Shown piece by piece: positions 34,634-44,082 of a stretch of 64,000 nt of DNA. The stretch covers positions 5,570-69,569 of the IMG/VR virus record IMGVR_UViG_3300036398_002581; one strand, written 5' to 3'. Source of the stretch: a virus. Numbering within the stretch: position 1 is the stretch's first letter; each line of letters starts with the position of its first letter. The notes below the pieces were generated by a model. It made no database searches. It was not told the DNA's origin and saw only the letters and a list, made by a program, of their open reading frames with translations. The position numbers and the translations under genes are program-made.

Positions 34634-37225
34634 CTAAAACGTAATGCTTCCAGACTGCGTGAACGTGTAGACTGTTTGACCGCCAACGATTGTGACGGTC
34701 GGCGATCCGGTGGTAGCAGCGGCCGTAAGACTCGTGCGAATGATGAAAATTCCACTGCCGCCGTTTCCACCAACCCAATCGCTGGTACCGCTAAATGCGC
34801 CGCCGCCGCCGCCTGAGCCAGTGTTGGGCAGCGCGGCCTGACCGTTGCCCGAGATGCCGCCGCTATTTATCAGGTTGCCATTGCCGCCACCGGCAACGCC
34901 AAGCCCGGCGGTGTGTGTCGGGCAGTTGAAAAGTGGGCCGTCCATCGCACCGCCCCCACCGCCGCCAGCAACCAACAACGTCGCGCCACCGATGTCGCTT
35001 GATGTTCCGTTGCCGCCGCTGCCCGCAACGTAACCGTCAGCGTTACCGCCTGCGGACGTTGACCCGCCGCCGCCGCCGCCAGTGCGGACGCAACTAGATG
35101 GCGACGATCCGCTATTGCCGCCAGAAAAACCCGCACCAGAAGTGCCTGCGCCGCCCTGAATTTGTCCTGCACCGTCAGGATGCCCACCACCAGCACCGCC
35201 GCCAGACGGCCCCGCTGCACCCTGCGCCTCGCTGCTTCTCACACCGCCACCACCGCCGCCACCGGCCGCAATCAGCGTCACGCCGCCGCCAGAAAAGCTC
35301 GAAGCCGCACCGTTTCCGCCGTTGCCGGTCGTGCCCACGCCGCCGCTGCCAATCACGACCGAATACGTTACGTTGCGTGTCAGGGACAGGTCTGTGGCAG
35401 TGGCGACCCGGCCTGCGCCGCCGCCGCCGCCTGCACAACCACCGCCTGCGCCGCCGCCTCCGACGAGTAGGTATCTCGCCACTATGCCATAATAAGTCGA
35501 GTCGTCCTCGCCCTCTGGCCCAAGCTCGATGTATACGGCGGCGTCAGTGTCCCAGCGATAGAACCGGCTAGAGTTGATCGCAAGGTACACGACGTTTGCT
35601 GCACCCGTGGCAGGCAGGGCGGCAATACTGGCGAACGTGACCACGCCACCGCTACCGCCGCTACCGCTCGCCGCCAGCACGCCGTCGGTGACCGACAGAC
35701 CGTTGCCGACAATCACCGCGCCCGCCGCCGTGGTCGTCGCAAGCGGGAGCCGCGCCGCTGCAAGAGTTCCAGAGGTGATGTCGCCTGCGTTTGTCGAGCC
35801 AGCAGCAGCCCACGCCCCGTCGCCTCGCAGAAACGTCGTAGACGACGCCGTGCCCGAACTGCCGAGATGGGCGAGCGTTATCGTGCCCGTGCGACCCGCC
35901 ACGCTCTGCACGGGTGCCGACGCAAGCTCGACGTATGCCGAGCCGCTCCATCTGTATATTTTCCGCGTATCAACGGCCACATAGACCACGCCCGCGTCGC
36001 CAGTGCCTGGAAACGCAGAGAGGCTTGCCGCCTCTCGAACGTCGTCTAAGAACGTCGGCAGTTGGCTGCTGGGAACCAAGCCCCCAACGAGTGTTGCATA
36101 GCTGCCGGCAGCCTGCTTGCCGTCGAGTGCCGCTTGCAGCCCCGTCACGTCGCTGACGGCGTGCTGGTGGGCTGCGGGTGCGAATGTCAGCGGGACATTC
36201 GTGAGGTTTGTGTAGCTGATCACTGGCACAGAATGCACATGGTCAGCCCGCGCAGCGGTGAGCGCCGACCCTGCCGACGCTACCCCCAGCGGTTGCGGCG
36301 TCTCGTCGGCGAGGCTCGACGTTCCGTCAGCGCCCCTCGGTATGGTGAAGTTCAGGGTCACGGTGCCACCGCTGGTCACGGTGTCGATCTTCGCGCTCGA
36401 GCCCGCGGCCCCCGTCGCAACCGAGCCCACCTGGACGGTCGTGTACGGCCCGCCGTCACCTTGCGGGCCTTGTGGCCCCTGCGGGATGACAAACGAAATC
36501 TGCTGCGACGGGGCGTTGCCAGTGATGCTCACCGCAGCCGTCGCGGCCGTCGTGACGCTGACGCTGCCGACAGAGAGCGAGTTCGCTGGCCCCACTTCCC
36601 CCTGAATTCCTTGAATCCCTTGAGCCCCAGTCGCGCCCTGGGGCAGGACAAGATTCAAGGTCTGCGTCAGCCCGGTGCCGGTCAGGGTGGCCGCCGCGTC
36701 TACACCCGTGACTACGGTGCCGATTTGGAGCGTTGTCGCCGGCCCCTGCGGCCCCTGCGGCAGCACGAACGAGAGCGATTGCGACGGTGCGGTGCCGCTG
36801 ATGCTGACAGCCGCCGTCGTGCCTGTGCTGACGCTGCCGATCGACAGAGAGTTCGCTGGGCCGGTTGGCCCTGGCTGGAGCACGAACGAAAGTGACTGCG
36901 ACGGTGCGGTGCCGCTGATGCTGACGGCAGCCGTTGTGCCGGTGCTCACGCTGCCGATCGACAGGGAGTTCGCTGGGCCGGCGACTCCGGTGAACCCGCG
37001 AGGCAGGGCGAAATTGAACTTGGCAGCGTAGGCTGTGCCGACATTCGTGATGCTGGCCGTCTGCGTCGAGTCGAGGATTGTGATCGACCCCGCCTCGATC
37101 GTCGCCGCCGCCCCGTTACCGCCGCCAATCGTCTGATTGCCGACGTTGACTTTGACGGTGTCGCCGTTGCCGACGACGCTGTTGATGCTCGTCGAACCGA
37201 CGACAACGACGCTGATTTCGCTCAT
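34634..37225 (-). CDS. tail fibre with collagen-like repeats and Gly-rich C-terminal domain
   Basis: GPxG repeats; LVGGGGAGG...GGSGIFIIR. Confidence 0.8.
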   Translation of the reverse strand: MSEISVVVVGSTSINSVVGNGDTVKVNVGNQTIGGGNGAAATIEAGSITILDSTQTASITNVGTAYAAKFNFALPRGFTGVAGPANSLSIGSVSTGTTAAVSISGTAPSQSLSFVLQPGPTGPANSLSIGSVSTGTTAAVSISGTAPSQSLSFVLPQGPQGPATTLQIGTVVTGVDAAATLTGTGLTQTLNLVLPQGATGAQGIQGIQGEVGPANSLSVGSVSVTTAATAAVSITGNAPSQQISFVIPQGPQGPQGDGGPYTTVQVGSVATGAAGSSAKIDTVTSGGTVTLNFTIPRGADGTSSLADETPQPLGVASAGSALTAARADHVHSVPVISYTNLTNVPLTFAPAAHQHAVSDVTGLQAALDGKQAAGSYATLVGGLVPSSQLPTFLDDVREAASLSAFPGTGDAGVVYVAVDTRKIYRWSGSAYVELASAPVQSVAGRTGTITLAHLGSSGTASSTTFLRGDGAWAAAGSTNAGDITSGTLAAARLPLATTTAAGAVIVGNGLSVTDGVLAASGSGGSGGVVTFASIAALPATGAANVVYLAINSSRFYRWDTDAAVYIELGPEGEDDSTYYGIVARYLLVGGGGAGGGCAGGGGGAGRVATATDLSLTRNVTYSVVIGSGGVGTTGNGGNGAASSFSGGGVTLIAAGGGGGGGVRSSEAQGAAGPSGGGAGGGHPDGAGQIQGGAGTSGAGFSGGNSGSSPSSCVRTGGGGGGSTSAGGNADGYVAGSGGNGTSSDIGGATLLVAGGGGGGAMDGPLFNCPTHTAGLGVAGGGNGNLINSGGISGNGQAALPNTGSGGGGGAFSGTSDWVGGNGGSGIFIIRTSLTAAATTGSPTVTIVGGQTVYTFTQSGSITF
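36775..36980 (-). repeat. two ~117-bp-period tandem repeats encoding GPANSLSIGSVSTGTTAAVSISGTAPSQSLSFVL
   Basis: Identical peptide repeats; further degenerate copies nearby. Confidence 0.85.
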
Positions 37226-37587
37226 GGTGCCACCGCCGTCACGCTGCCGCTGACGATGGTGCGAGTGATCTCGCCAGGGGCCACCCACCGGAGAAACCAG
37301 CGGTAGTTGTTGTTCGGGGAAAGCATGGCTGTCTGGGTTTCCGAGAGGCCCAGAATCATGGTCCCGGTCGCGGTGTCAGTGATGCCTATCGTCGGGGCCG
37401 TTACCGTCTGCCCGAAGCTGTTGATCGTCCCCACGCCACCGCCACCACTGGTGATGTCCGTCTGGTAGATGAACGACGTGAATGTGTAGCCGGAAACCGA
37501 CCTTTGCAGGTTGAGTGCGACGTTGACCTCGTCAGAAGGGACAAATCGCAGGTCTAAAACGCCTGGAAGCTGCTCGAAGGTAGCGAT
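37222..37587 (-). CDS. BppU-like fibre adaptor protein (probable ATC start)
   Basis: Frame open from GAGGTG-ACGCC-ATC; paralog of 32406..32726. Confidence 0.6.
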   Translation of the reverse strand: MATFEQLPGVLDLRFVPSDEVNVALNLQRSVSGYTFTSFIYQTDITSGGGGVGTINSFGQTVTAPTIGITDTATGTMILGLSETQTAMLSPNNNYRWFLRWVAPGEITRTIVSGSVTAVAP

Positions 37588-37599
37588 GGCGTCACCTCT

Positions 37600-37899
37600 T
37601 TAATTGTGTGGCGCTTCGCCGGTCTTCTTGACTACGGCCTGCCGAATTTCCTGCTGGCCGGCGGCGATCTCTTGGAGGGTCTCAGCTTGTTTGAATTGGG
37701 TCTTCCCGATCTCGTCGAGCGTCTCTCTCGTGGAATCAAGGAACTCGGTGTGCGATTTCACGATCGGAACGACCACGGTTCCATGCAGGGTCACGGCCGC
37801 GTCCCGCAGAAACCAGACCAGGACAACCAAAAGCACGACGGGAACGCCGAACCTCTCGGCCACGCGGAACGCGGCCTCAACGAACGATTCGCTGCTCAT
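37600..37899 (-). CDS. single-TM protein, holin-like candidate
   Basis: FGVPVVLLVVLVWFL followed by a coiled coil. Confidence 0.55.
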   Translation of the reverse strand: MSSESFVEAAFRVAERFGVPVVLLVVLVWFLRDAAVTLHGTVVVPIVKSHTEFLDSTRETLDEIGKTQFKQAETLQEIAAGQQEIRQAVVKKTGEAPHN

Positions 37900-37941
37900 C
37901 TGGAACTCCGCGAAGCCACAAAATGTAGGCCGGTAGCCTAT

Positions 37942-38469
37942 CTAAATTGTAGCAGCGGGCAGTTGCGTTCTGAGATCATCCAGGGAGCCTGAGTTGTCGA
38001 TAGTTCTGGCGATCAGGTGGTCGCTCACCCCGGCTTCGCTCTGGTGCGCCGCTGTGTCGCCAGAGAGGCACCTCCACCCCAGCCGGACGACCCTCCACAC
38101 CTCGCCCCCGGCGGCGACGATCGCCTGGGCCTCGTTGTCGAACCGCACGTCGGTGATCACGACGCCGCGGCCCGCAGCCAGCTCGGCCTTGGCCCGCTCC
38201 ATTGCGATGCGAATCCAGATTTCTGAATGAATGGTGTCCCGCCCCCATTCAGTCCCAAGACTCTGGAGCATCTGCCTGGGGGACTTGCCGAGCCAGGGGA
38301 GGACGGCTTCCTTCACGTCCCGGTCTTGCAGCCTGCTGACCGGGATGCCAGTAATCGTCGAGACGCACTCGTAGAGCGGGTCGGCGAAGGCGATCTGCCG
38401 GCAATCCGTAAGAAATTCTGCCACGGTATTCTTCCCGGCCCCCGCGGGGCCGCAGAGTCCAATTAGCAC
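37942..38469 (-). CDS. deoxynucleoside monophosphate kinase
   Basis: GPAGAGKNT, FADPL, RQMLQSLGTEWGR, ITDVRFDNEA. Confidence 0.9.
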   Translation of the reverse strand: MLIGLCGPAGAGKNTVAEFLTDCRQIAFADPLYECVSTITGIPVSRLQDRDVKEAVLPWLGKSPRQMLQSLGTEWGRDTIHSEIWIRIAMERAKAELAAGRGVVITDVRFDNEAQAIVAAGGEVWRVVRLGWRCLSGDTAAHQSEAGVSDHLIARTIDNSGSLDDLRTQLPAATI

Positions 38470-38942
38470 TGGAAATCCCTCCCATCGAAGCGGATCGTGA
38501 CCCCTACGCTGCCTGCCAGGAGCCTCTGGCTGACGCCGGCCTCCTCGAGCATCTTCTCGGCCATCTCCACGTTGAGCAGCCATCGGGCCGGCGTGGCGTT
38601 GCGGAGGGAGATGAGCCCGACGACCTCTGTGATGCCTGCCTGGATGATCGCCCTGGCACAGTCGGTGCAGGCGAACCACGGGCAGTAGAGCGTCGCGCCG
38701 GCCGTCGCCACTCCCATCTCAGCGGCCTTGTAGATCGCCGCGCGTTCGGCGTGCTCGACGAAGTCGTACTTGAGGAGGCGAGCCAGCCTGTGTTCATGCC
38801 GAGCCACCCCCGGCGGAAAGCAGTTGGCTGCGTAGATGGTTCCAGACGCCGCCACCAGCACAGCCCCATTCTGCGTGTCAGGGTCGTGGGAGTGCTGCGC
38901 GGCGTAGCGGCAGGCATCGTGGAGCCGGTCGAGGTCGCTCAT
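38463..38942 (-). CDS. dCMP deaminase-like protein
   Basis: HAERAAI; PWFACTDCARAIIQAGI. Confidence 0.88.
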   Translation of the reverse strand: MSDLDRLHDACRYAAQHSHDPDTQNGAVLVAASGTIYAANCFPPGVARHEHRLARLLKYDFVEHAERAAIYKAAEMGVATAGATLYCPWFACTDCARAIIQAGITEVVGLISLRNATPARWLLNVEMAEKMLEEAGVSQRLLAGSVGVTIRFDGRDFQC

Positions 38943-40114
38943 CGGGTCGGCCCCGCGATGTGCATGGCTGTGAGGCCGCCTTCGGGGAGGTAGATAAATG
39001 TTTCCATGCACTGGCGCGAGCAAATGTAGCCGCTCCCCGAATGCCACTCATCCGGCGGAGTGATCGAGGGGGCGGTTCTAAGCACCACTGAATCCACAGA
39101 CTCGATCGACCGTTCGGCGGCCTGGGCGTGGTAGTGGCCGGTGTGGAACTCTCGATACCAGCACCGCGACCACTCGGCCGATGCTTCCATCGCCATGATC
39201 TGCGGCAGCCGCTTCTTCGCTTTGTCGCCGTGGGCCGCGCCGATCAAGTTGCTGCCATGCGTGACGTATTGCCGCCGCGTGTAGCGAGGGGATACTGCGA
39301 CCCTGCCATCGTTTCGGAAACGCTCTTGCAGGATGCGCCGAAACGCAGCCGTCAAGGTCTCGTCGTGATTCCCGTTGACGACAAGCACGTCTGTTGGGAC
39401 GGTGGTAGCAGACCGCTCGACAAGACCGATGAGCGTGTCGCAGCCGACTTGGATCATCTTCTGAAACCGCCCGTCGTTGTCCTGCGGCGTCCCCGCCGTC
39501 GTGTTCCCGGCAGGCCCGTCGGCGTTGAAAAGGTCACCAAGGAACAGGATCGTGCGGCGGGCCGGCTGATAAGAGTCGCCTATATCGATCAGGGACATCC
39601 CCGCCTCGCCGACCATCTTCTCGGCAATCGACAGATCGTAGTCATCGTGGCCGGTCGACTTCGCCCAGGCGTATTTTCCGAAATGGGTGTCAGCAATGAC
39701 GACAACCTGCCACAGGTCGCCTCGCCCCTTGGGCTTGTTTGGCTTCTGCTTCGTCCTGGGCAAGTTCGCCCCGGCGATCATCGCCTCGACGATTTCCTTG
39801 ACTCCTGGGCCTGCCTTGGGCTTGAGCCTCACCCACACGCGATGAAGTTCGGTAACCGTCGGTTCGCCGCTTGCGTCGGCGGTCGCGACCTCCCATTTGG
39901 TGGCTTCAGATGCGGCTACATCGTATTTGGATAAGTCAGCCTCGATGTGCTCGAGGAGATCGGCGACCGTTTTGATTCGACGGCTCGTCGACCTCGCCTC
40001 GAGTACGTCGCCGTCGCGCCGCTGCGTCACCTGCTCGGCGTCTTGGGCCGGCTTCGGGGTGGACGCCGCTGCTGCGGCCGAGAGGATGTCGCCGGTTAGC
40101 CCTGTGTCAGCCAT
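38939..40114 (-). CDS. calcineurin-like metallophosphoesterase
   Basis: DTH, GDLF, GNHD, HGD, GHYH. Confidence 0.85.
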   Translation of the reverse strand: MADTGLTGDILSAAAAASTPKPAQDAEQVTQRRDGDVLEARSTSRRIKTVADLLEHIEADLSKYDVAASEATKWEVATADASGEPTVTELHRVWVRLKPKAGPGVKEIVEAMIAGANLPRTKQKPNKPKGRGDLWQVVVIADTHFGKYAWAKSTGHDDYDLSIAEKMVGEAGMSLIDIGDSYQPARRTILFLGDLFNADGPAGNTTAGTPQDNDGRFQKMIQVGCDTLIGLVERSATTVPTDVLVVNGNHDETLTAAFRRILQERFRNDGRVAVSPRYTRRQYVTHGSNLIGAAHGDKAKKRLPQIMAMEASAEWSRCWYREFHTGHYHAQAAERSIESVDSVVLRTAPSITPPDEWHSGSGYICSRQCMETFIYLPEGGLTAMHIAGPTR

Positions 40115-40341
40115 CGTTGCACCTGTCGGTATTTGACGACCTCGTAGCCGCGTGCCGCGAGCTTGTCGACGATCGTCTTCGCCATCTGGCTGGCCGAGAC
40201 TCCGCTGGCCTTGGCCGTCTTTCGCCAGGAGTCGCGGACCTCAAGGATTGCGCTTTGGTGCTCTTCGGACAGAGCGCTGAACCAGCTTTGGTTTCCTGCC
40301 GACGGCTTTGCGCTTTCCAGAATCTCCTTCGCCAAGTCCAT
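40096..40341 (-). CDS. hypothetical protein (possible HTH)
   Basis: MDLAKEIL...VQRWL; coupled to the phosphoesterase. Confidence 0.55.
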   Translation of the reverse strand: MDLAKEILESAKPSAGNQSWFSALSEEHQSAILEVRDSWRKTAKASGVSASQMAKTIVDKLAARGYEVVKYRQVQRWLTQG

Positions 40342-40462
40342 CCGTTTTGCCCTTGAGGTGAATCCACCCGTCTTCGTCGGGGACGCCGCCGCCCGTAATC
40401 TCGTCGTCGTCGTCATCCGAGAAGACGAACCCCTTCGCGTCAGGTGGAGGTGCCTTGCCCAT
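40241..40462 (-). CDS. small acidic hypothetical protein
   Basis: Follows the promoter; SDDDDDE. Confidence 0.4.
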   Translation of the reverse strand: MGKAPPPDAKGFVFSDDDDDEITGGGVPDEDGWIHLKGKTDGLGEGDSGKRKAVGRKPKLVQRSVRRAPKRNP

Positions 40463-40468
40463 AGGGAT

Positions 40469-40497
40469 AGTGTCGCCTAGTAGGCTTTAGGGGTCAA
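40469..40497 (-). promoter_or_regulatory. putative promoter TTGACC-17-GACACT for the nucleotide islet
   Basis: Sigma70 consensus similarity. Confidence 0.5.
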
Positions 40498-40972
40498 TGC
40501 TGTTTTTGGTTGCAGGCGTGCTAGCAGCGACCGGCCCCCACTTGCCAGCCGGGCAGGATTGGTCGGCCCACGAGAGCTTGCTGACATAACCCGCAGCCCT
40601 CGACACCGAGCATCCGCAGAGGTTGCAGGCGTTGTTTTGGAGGTGCTCGCAGTCCAGGCATATGTCGTGCCTTCTGATGATCTCCTCATCGCTGCATGTC
40701 GGCATCCCCGCAGCGACGTGCGAGACAGCGGCAATAGCGAAGTTCCTTACCTTGGCGAGGAACGAGGGCGCGTCGGTGCGGGCGAGGTCGGTCATGGGTT
40801 CTAGCCGCAACGGCTCGTATCCCGCCCTGGGCGTCCTTGGGAACGCCGGATGCTCCACGTCAATCGTCCAATCGTCGCCGTCCTGCGAGACTACACATGG
40901 CAGAACCTCGTCAAGCGTGTAGCCTCGCTCGGCGCAACGGGCTTCAAGGTGCGAACGGTGGCATGTGATCAT
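40487..40972 (-). CDS. Cys-rich hypothetical protein (DUF6171-like)
   Basis: RHDIC..CEH...C..CGC...K....CP.GKW. Confidence 0.65.
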   Translation of the reverse strand: MITCHRSHLEARCAERGYTLDEVLPCVVSQDGDDWTIDVEHPAFPRTPRAGYEPLRLEPMTDLARTDAPSFLAKVRNFAIAAVSHVAAGMPTCSDEEIIRRHDICLDCEHLQNNACNLCGCSVSRAAGYVSKLSWADQSCPAGKWGPVAASTPATKNSIDP

Positions 40973-41622
40973 GGGAGCGGGTTTCCGCAGGAAGCCAAGC
41001 ACTGCACGTTAGTGCCGTAAGGCCCGCTCACGGCAGGAAAGCCGCCCAGAAACTCCGACCTGTCACAAAAATCCGGCGGGTTGCCCGTCACGATTAGCTC
41101 TATCTCTGGCGGCTCTTGAAAGAAATCCTGCCAGAGCGCCTCGCCGCAGGGCGTTGTGCCTCCTACGTCATTCACACCGAACTGCGTCACCACTGCGGCG
41201 GCGTCGAGCGACGCAAACGAAAAACGATAGGAGCGTTGTCGCCCAAATAAATACAGTGGCCCATGATCTATCAGGCAGCCTATCCCGCCTCCAAAAATCT
41301 CTGCGGTTCGCTGCCCAGTACGTCGACAGCAGGATGGCAAGGCGTAACGACCATCGGCGTTTTGGGACCAGCCGATCTGAATGCTGGCGGTTGCGTCATA
41401 GTGTGGATTTTGGCCCGTGTCAGTGCATCGCCCTAAGAATGAAGAAAACCGCCCAGTGCCAGAAAGACCGCCCGAGGTTGTCCCGCATGCACCGTTAGCG
41501 CCTTGGGGGGCCAGCACTAGCGTCGACACGCCCGTGACTGGTCCCCAGGTCGCGCGAATGCGGATTTCTTTTTGGCAAGGGCTTGGTGCGTGGCAGTATT
41601 TTACGCAGCACGGGCAAACCAT
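40969..41622 (-). CDS. Cys-containing tail-region protein
   Basis: MVCPCC start; lower GC. Confidence 0.55.
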   Translation of the reverse strand: MVCPCCVKYCHAPSPCQKEIRIRATWGPVTGVSTLVLAPQGANGACGTTSGGLSGTGRFSSFLGRCTDTGQNPHYDATASIQIGWSQNADGRYALPSCCRRTGQRTAEIFGGGIGCLIDHGPLYLFGRQRSYRFSFASLDAAAVVTQFGVNDVGGTTPCGEALWQDFFQEPPEIELIVTGNPPDFCDRSEFLGGFPAVSGPYGTNVQCLASCGNPLP

Positions 41623-41623
41623 G

Positions 41624-42394
41624 TCACAGCTCCAGCGTGATGTATGTTGCCGTGAACGTGCCGGCAAATACAGTGGCGGTCTGCGTGCCGGACATGGACA
41701 TGATCGTGGCTGTTTGCGTGCCTGCCATGTTGACCACCGTGGCCGTTTGCGTGCCCGCTATATTGACCACAGTGGCTGACTGCATGCTTCCAACAGTCTG
41801 CACGCTCCTCGTAGTTTTGTTGACCGTGATGGTGCAGTTGTTGGTGTTGAGAACGGCAGAAACGTCCACCAGCGCGTTTACCGTCGGCCCGAGCGTGGGG
41901 TAAGAAATCGTCTCCGTCGCCGCTCTTCCCACAAACGAAATCGTCTGCGTCGATGCTGCTCCGACGAACGTAATCGCCTGCGTCGAACCCGTGCCGACAA
42001 ACGTCATGGTTTGCGTGGCTGTAGCAAACACTGCGGTTTGCGTCCCCATCTGAAAGCTGATCAGATACCACTGCGTGCCGTCTTTCGCCACGTTGACGAT
42101 GCGGCTGGTCGCCGTGCTCCTAGGGGCGGGTAGGCTGACGATCTGATTGACAACGTCGACCGTGTTCGGCGTGGACGTGACACCGTAGAAAGTCACGGTC
42201 TTTGACGAATTTATCGGCCATGCACCTGTTGCGGTGCAAACGCGAAAGACCTTGGGCACATAGGTCGGCCCGTCGCTGCTGGCGATCGTCGGTATCCGGC
42301 TCACCGGCCCGCCAAAGGGGATAGAGTCCACCTTCGCGATCGTGCTTTTCAGCTTCTCGCGGAGACTCTCGCCGATGAGGTATTTGCCAGACAT
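41624..42394 (-). CDS. Thr-rich tail-tip protein with 11-aa repeats
   Basis: GTQTATV repeats. Confidence 0.7.
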   Translation of the reverse strand: MSGKYLIGESLREKLKSTIAKVDSIPFGGPVSRIPTIASSDGPTYVPKVFRVCTATGAWPINSSKTVTFYGVTSTPNTVDVVNQIVSLPAPRSTATSRIVNVAKDGTQWYLISFQMGTQTAVFATATQTMTFVGTGSTQAITFVGAASTQTISFVGRAATETISYPTLGPTVNALVDVSAVLNTNNCTITVNKTTRSVQTVGSMQSATVVNIAGTQTATVVNMAGTQTATIMSMSGTQTATVFAGTFTATYITLEL

Positions 42395-42403
42395 GAAGTA
42401 GCC

Positions 42404-43015
42404 TTATGCGATCTCTACGGAGCACACCGTGGGCGGAGTCACTGGCGTGACAGGGGCGGGCTGCCCCAAGTCGATCTCCACGACGATCGAGCCAACGCCG
42501 ACCGCCAGAGAGCCGCCTGCGTACTGAGAGCCAGCGACGGAGATGTAATAATAGTAATTCATCGGGTCGTTTCCGATGAATGTGTCCTCTAAATCCATCG
42601 CATTGTTATCGAGCAGTCTGCGTGTAAACGTCGCGCCGAACGGAATCGTGACAGACAGCAGGCCGCCGCCTATGCTCACCGGCAGATCGACGGCTGTGAC
42701 AACCTTCGTGTAGACGTTGTAATCCCTCGTGGCGGAGAACTGGCTTTCTTTTCCGCTTCGAGTTCCTGTCTGTCGCCAGAGCATGTCGCCGGTCCCAAAG
42801 GTGCGGCGGCTGGCGTAGGTCGCGTAGGGGCTCGAGGTGGTTTCTTGCCAAAAGCCGACATCGGAAAGAAAACCCTGAAATCGCGGCAGCGCTTTCGCGA
42901 GTATCTGGCTGCCTGACGCTGGGACGTTGGTGAAATCGCAGAAACTGTAGGTCAGCGTGTAGTTGCGCCGCTCGCTTACGGTCACGCGACGGTTGATGGG
43001 CAGTGTCAGAGACAT
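42404..43015 (-). CDS. tail-region hypothetical protein
   Basis: Position after the distal tail protein. Confidence 0.55.
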   Translation of the reverse strand: MSLTLPINRRVTVSERRNYTLTYSFCDFTNVPASGSQILAKALPRFQGFLSDVGFWQETTSSPYATYASRRTFGTGDMLWRQTGTRSGKESQFSATRDYNVYTKVVTAVDLPVSIGGGLLSVTIPFGATFTRRLLDNNAMDLEDTFIGNDPMNYYYYISVAGSQYAGGSLAVGVGSIVVEIDLGQPAPVTPVTPPTVCSVEIA

Positions 43016-43029
43016 TATTCACCTTCGGC

Positions 43030-44082
43030 CTATGCGAACCAGCGGATGCCAAAGTTCGAGAAGTTGGTGCCAAACGCCATCTCAGGCTGGATGCAGATGC
43101 GGTTGATAAGGACCGGCGGCGAGGCGCTCGGCGACCGCGGCGTGCCGTCATCGTTCAGGGCCACGGGCCTCGACGCTGGCCGCTGCGCCCAGCTCCCGTT
43201 ACCGGCAGCGATTGTGACCTGTGCGGGGACTCGTTGGCCGGGCTTCACCAAGACCAGAGGCATTTTGACCTTGCCGTCGTCCATCTCCCACATAAGAGTC
43301 TCTTGGTCTGCGCCGCCGCTGTTGGAGTTTTTGATATTAAACCCCGTTTGCGGCACGGCCATGTCCCACCCGATGGCCTGGAAGCCATTTCGCGTGAGGG
43401 TCCAGTGCGCCCTGACGGCGAAACCAAAGGACACTTTGAAGCCACGAAATGTCACGTCGCCGAACTGCTCGACCACCGCGTTCGACGAGATGCTCTGGAG
43501 CATGCAGCAGTGGACGCCGATCGAGAGGTTCGAGAACGTGAATCCGTCGCTGTTGACGTACCCGCAGTAGGCGAGCAACTGGCTCATGTCGCTGTATGAG
43601 TATTGGTCAACATTGATGTTCACGACGGGCTCGAGCCGCGTGATCCCATCGACCAAGTCTCCTACTGGGTTGATCATGGGCGACCAATCGCCGGACGCCC
43701 CCCCAGACACGAGCGACCCGCCCCAGGCCGCGATTTCCGTCAGCGACGTGGTCATCGAGTACATCGCAGGCCGGACGGCGGGCTCTTGGAGCCCAGGGTC
43801 TGTGCCGCCGATGCTCGGGCTGCTTCGGTACTCAGCAGTGACGATCCGCACCAGCCGGCTTTCGCCGTCAGCCTTCACGTCCAGGCTGACGCACGGAATC
43901 GGATTCGCGCTCCCCAACGGGTCGCCGATGTTAACGCCGACAGCCTGCGCGATGTTGAACGACTCATTCGGCGTGTTGAGCAGAATCTTCCACGTTCGCG
44001 TCGCCCGATCTGCGAGCGTGCCGCCTTCGGCGCTGCGGCTGAATGATTTGCCCTGCGCGAGTTCTGATACGAGCTTCGGCAT
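43030..44082 (-). CDS. distal tail/baseplate protein
   Basis: Directly follows the tape measure gene. Confidence 0.65.
   Translation of the reverse strand: MPKLVSELAQGKSFSRSAEGGTLADRATRTWKILLNTPNESFNIAQAVGVNIGDPLGSANPIPCVSLDVKADGESRLVRIVTAEYRSSPSIGGTDPGLQEPAVRPAMYSMTTSLTEIAAWGGSLVSGGASGDWSPMINPVGDLVDGITRLEPVVNINVDQYSYSDMSQLLAYCGYVNSDGFTFSNLSIGVHCCMLQSISSNAVVEQFGDVTFRGFKVSFGFAVRAHWTLTRNGFQAIGWDMAVPQTGFNIKNSNSGGADQETLMWEMDDGKVKMPLVLVKPGQRVPAQVTIAAGNGSWAQRPASRPVALNDDGTPRSPSASPPVLINRICIQPEMAFGTNFSNFGIRWFA

Noticed and set aside
34410-35757. Diversity-generating retroelement TR/VR pair
   Set aside because: Repeat is short, differences are at synonymous positions, and no reverse transcriptase is present
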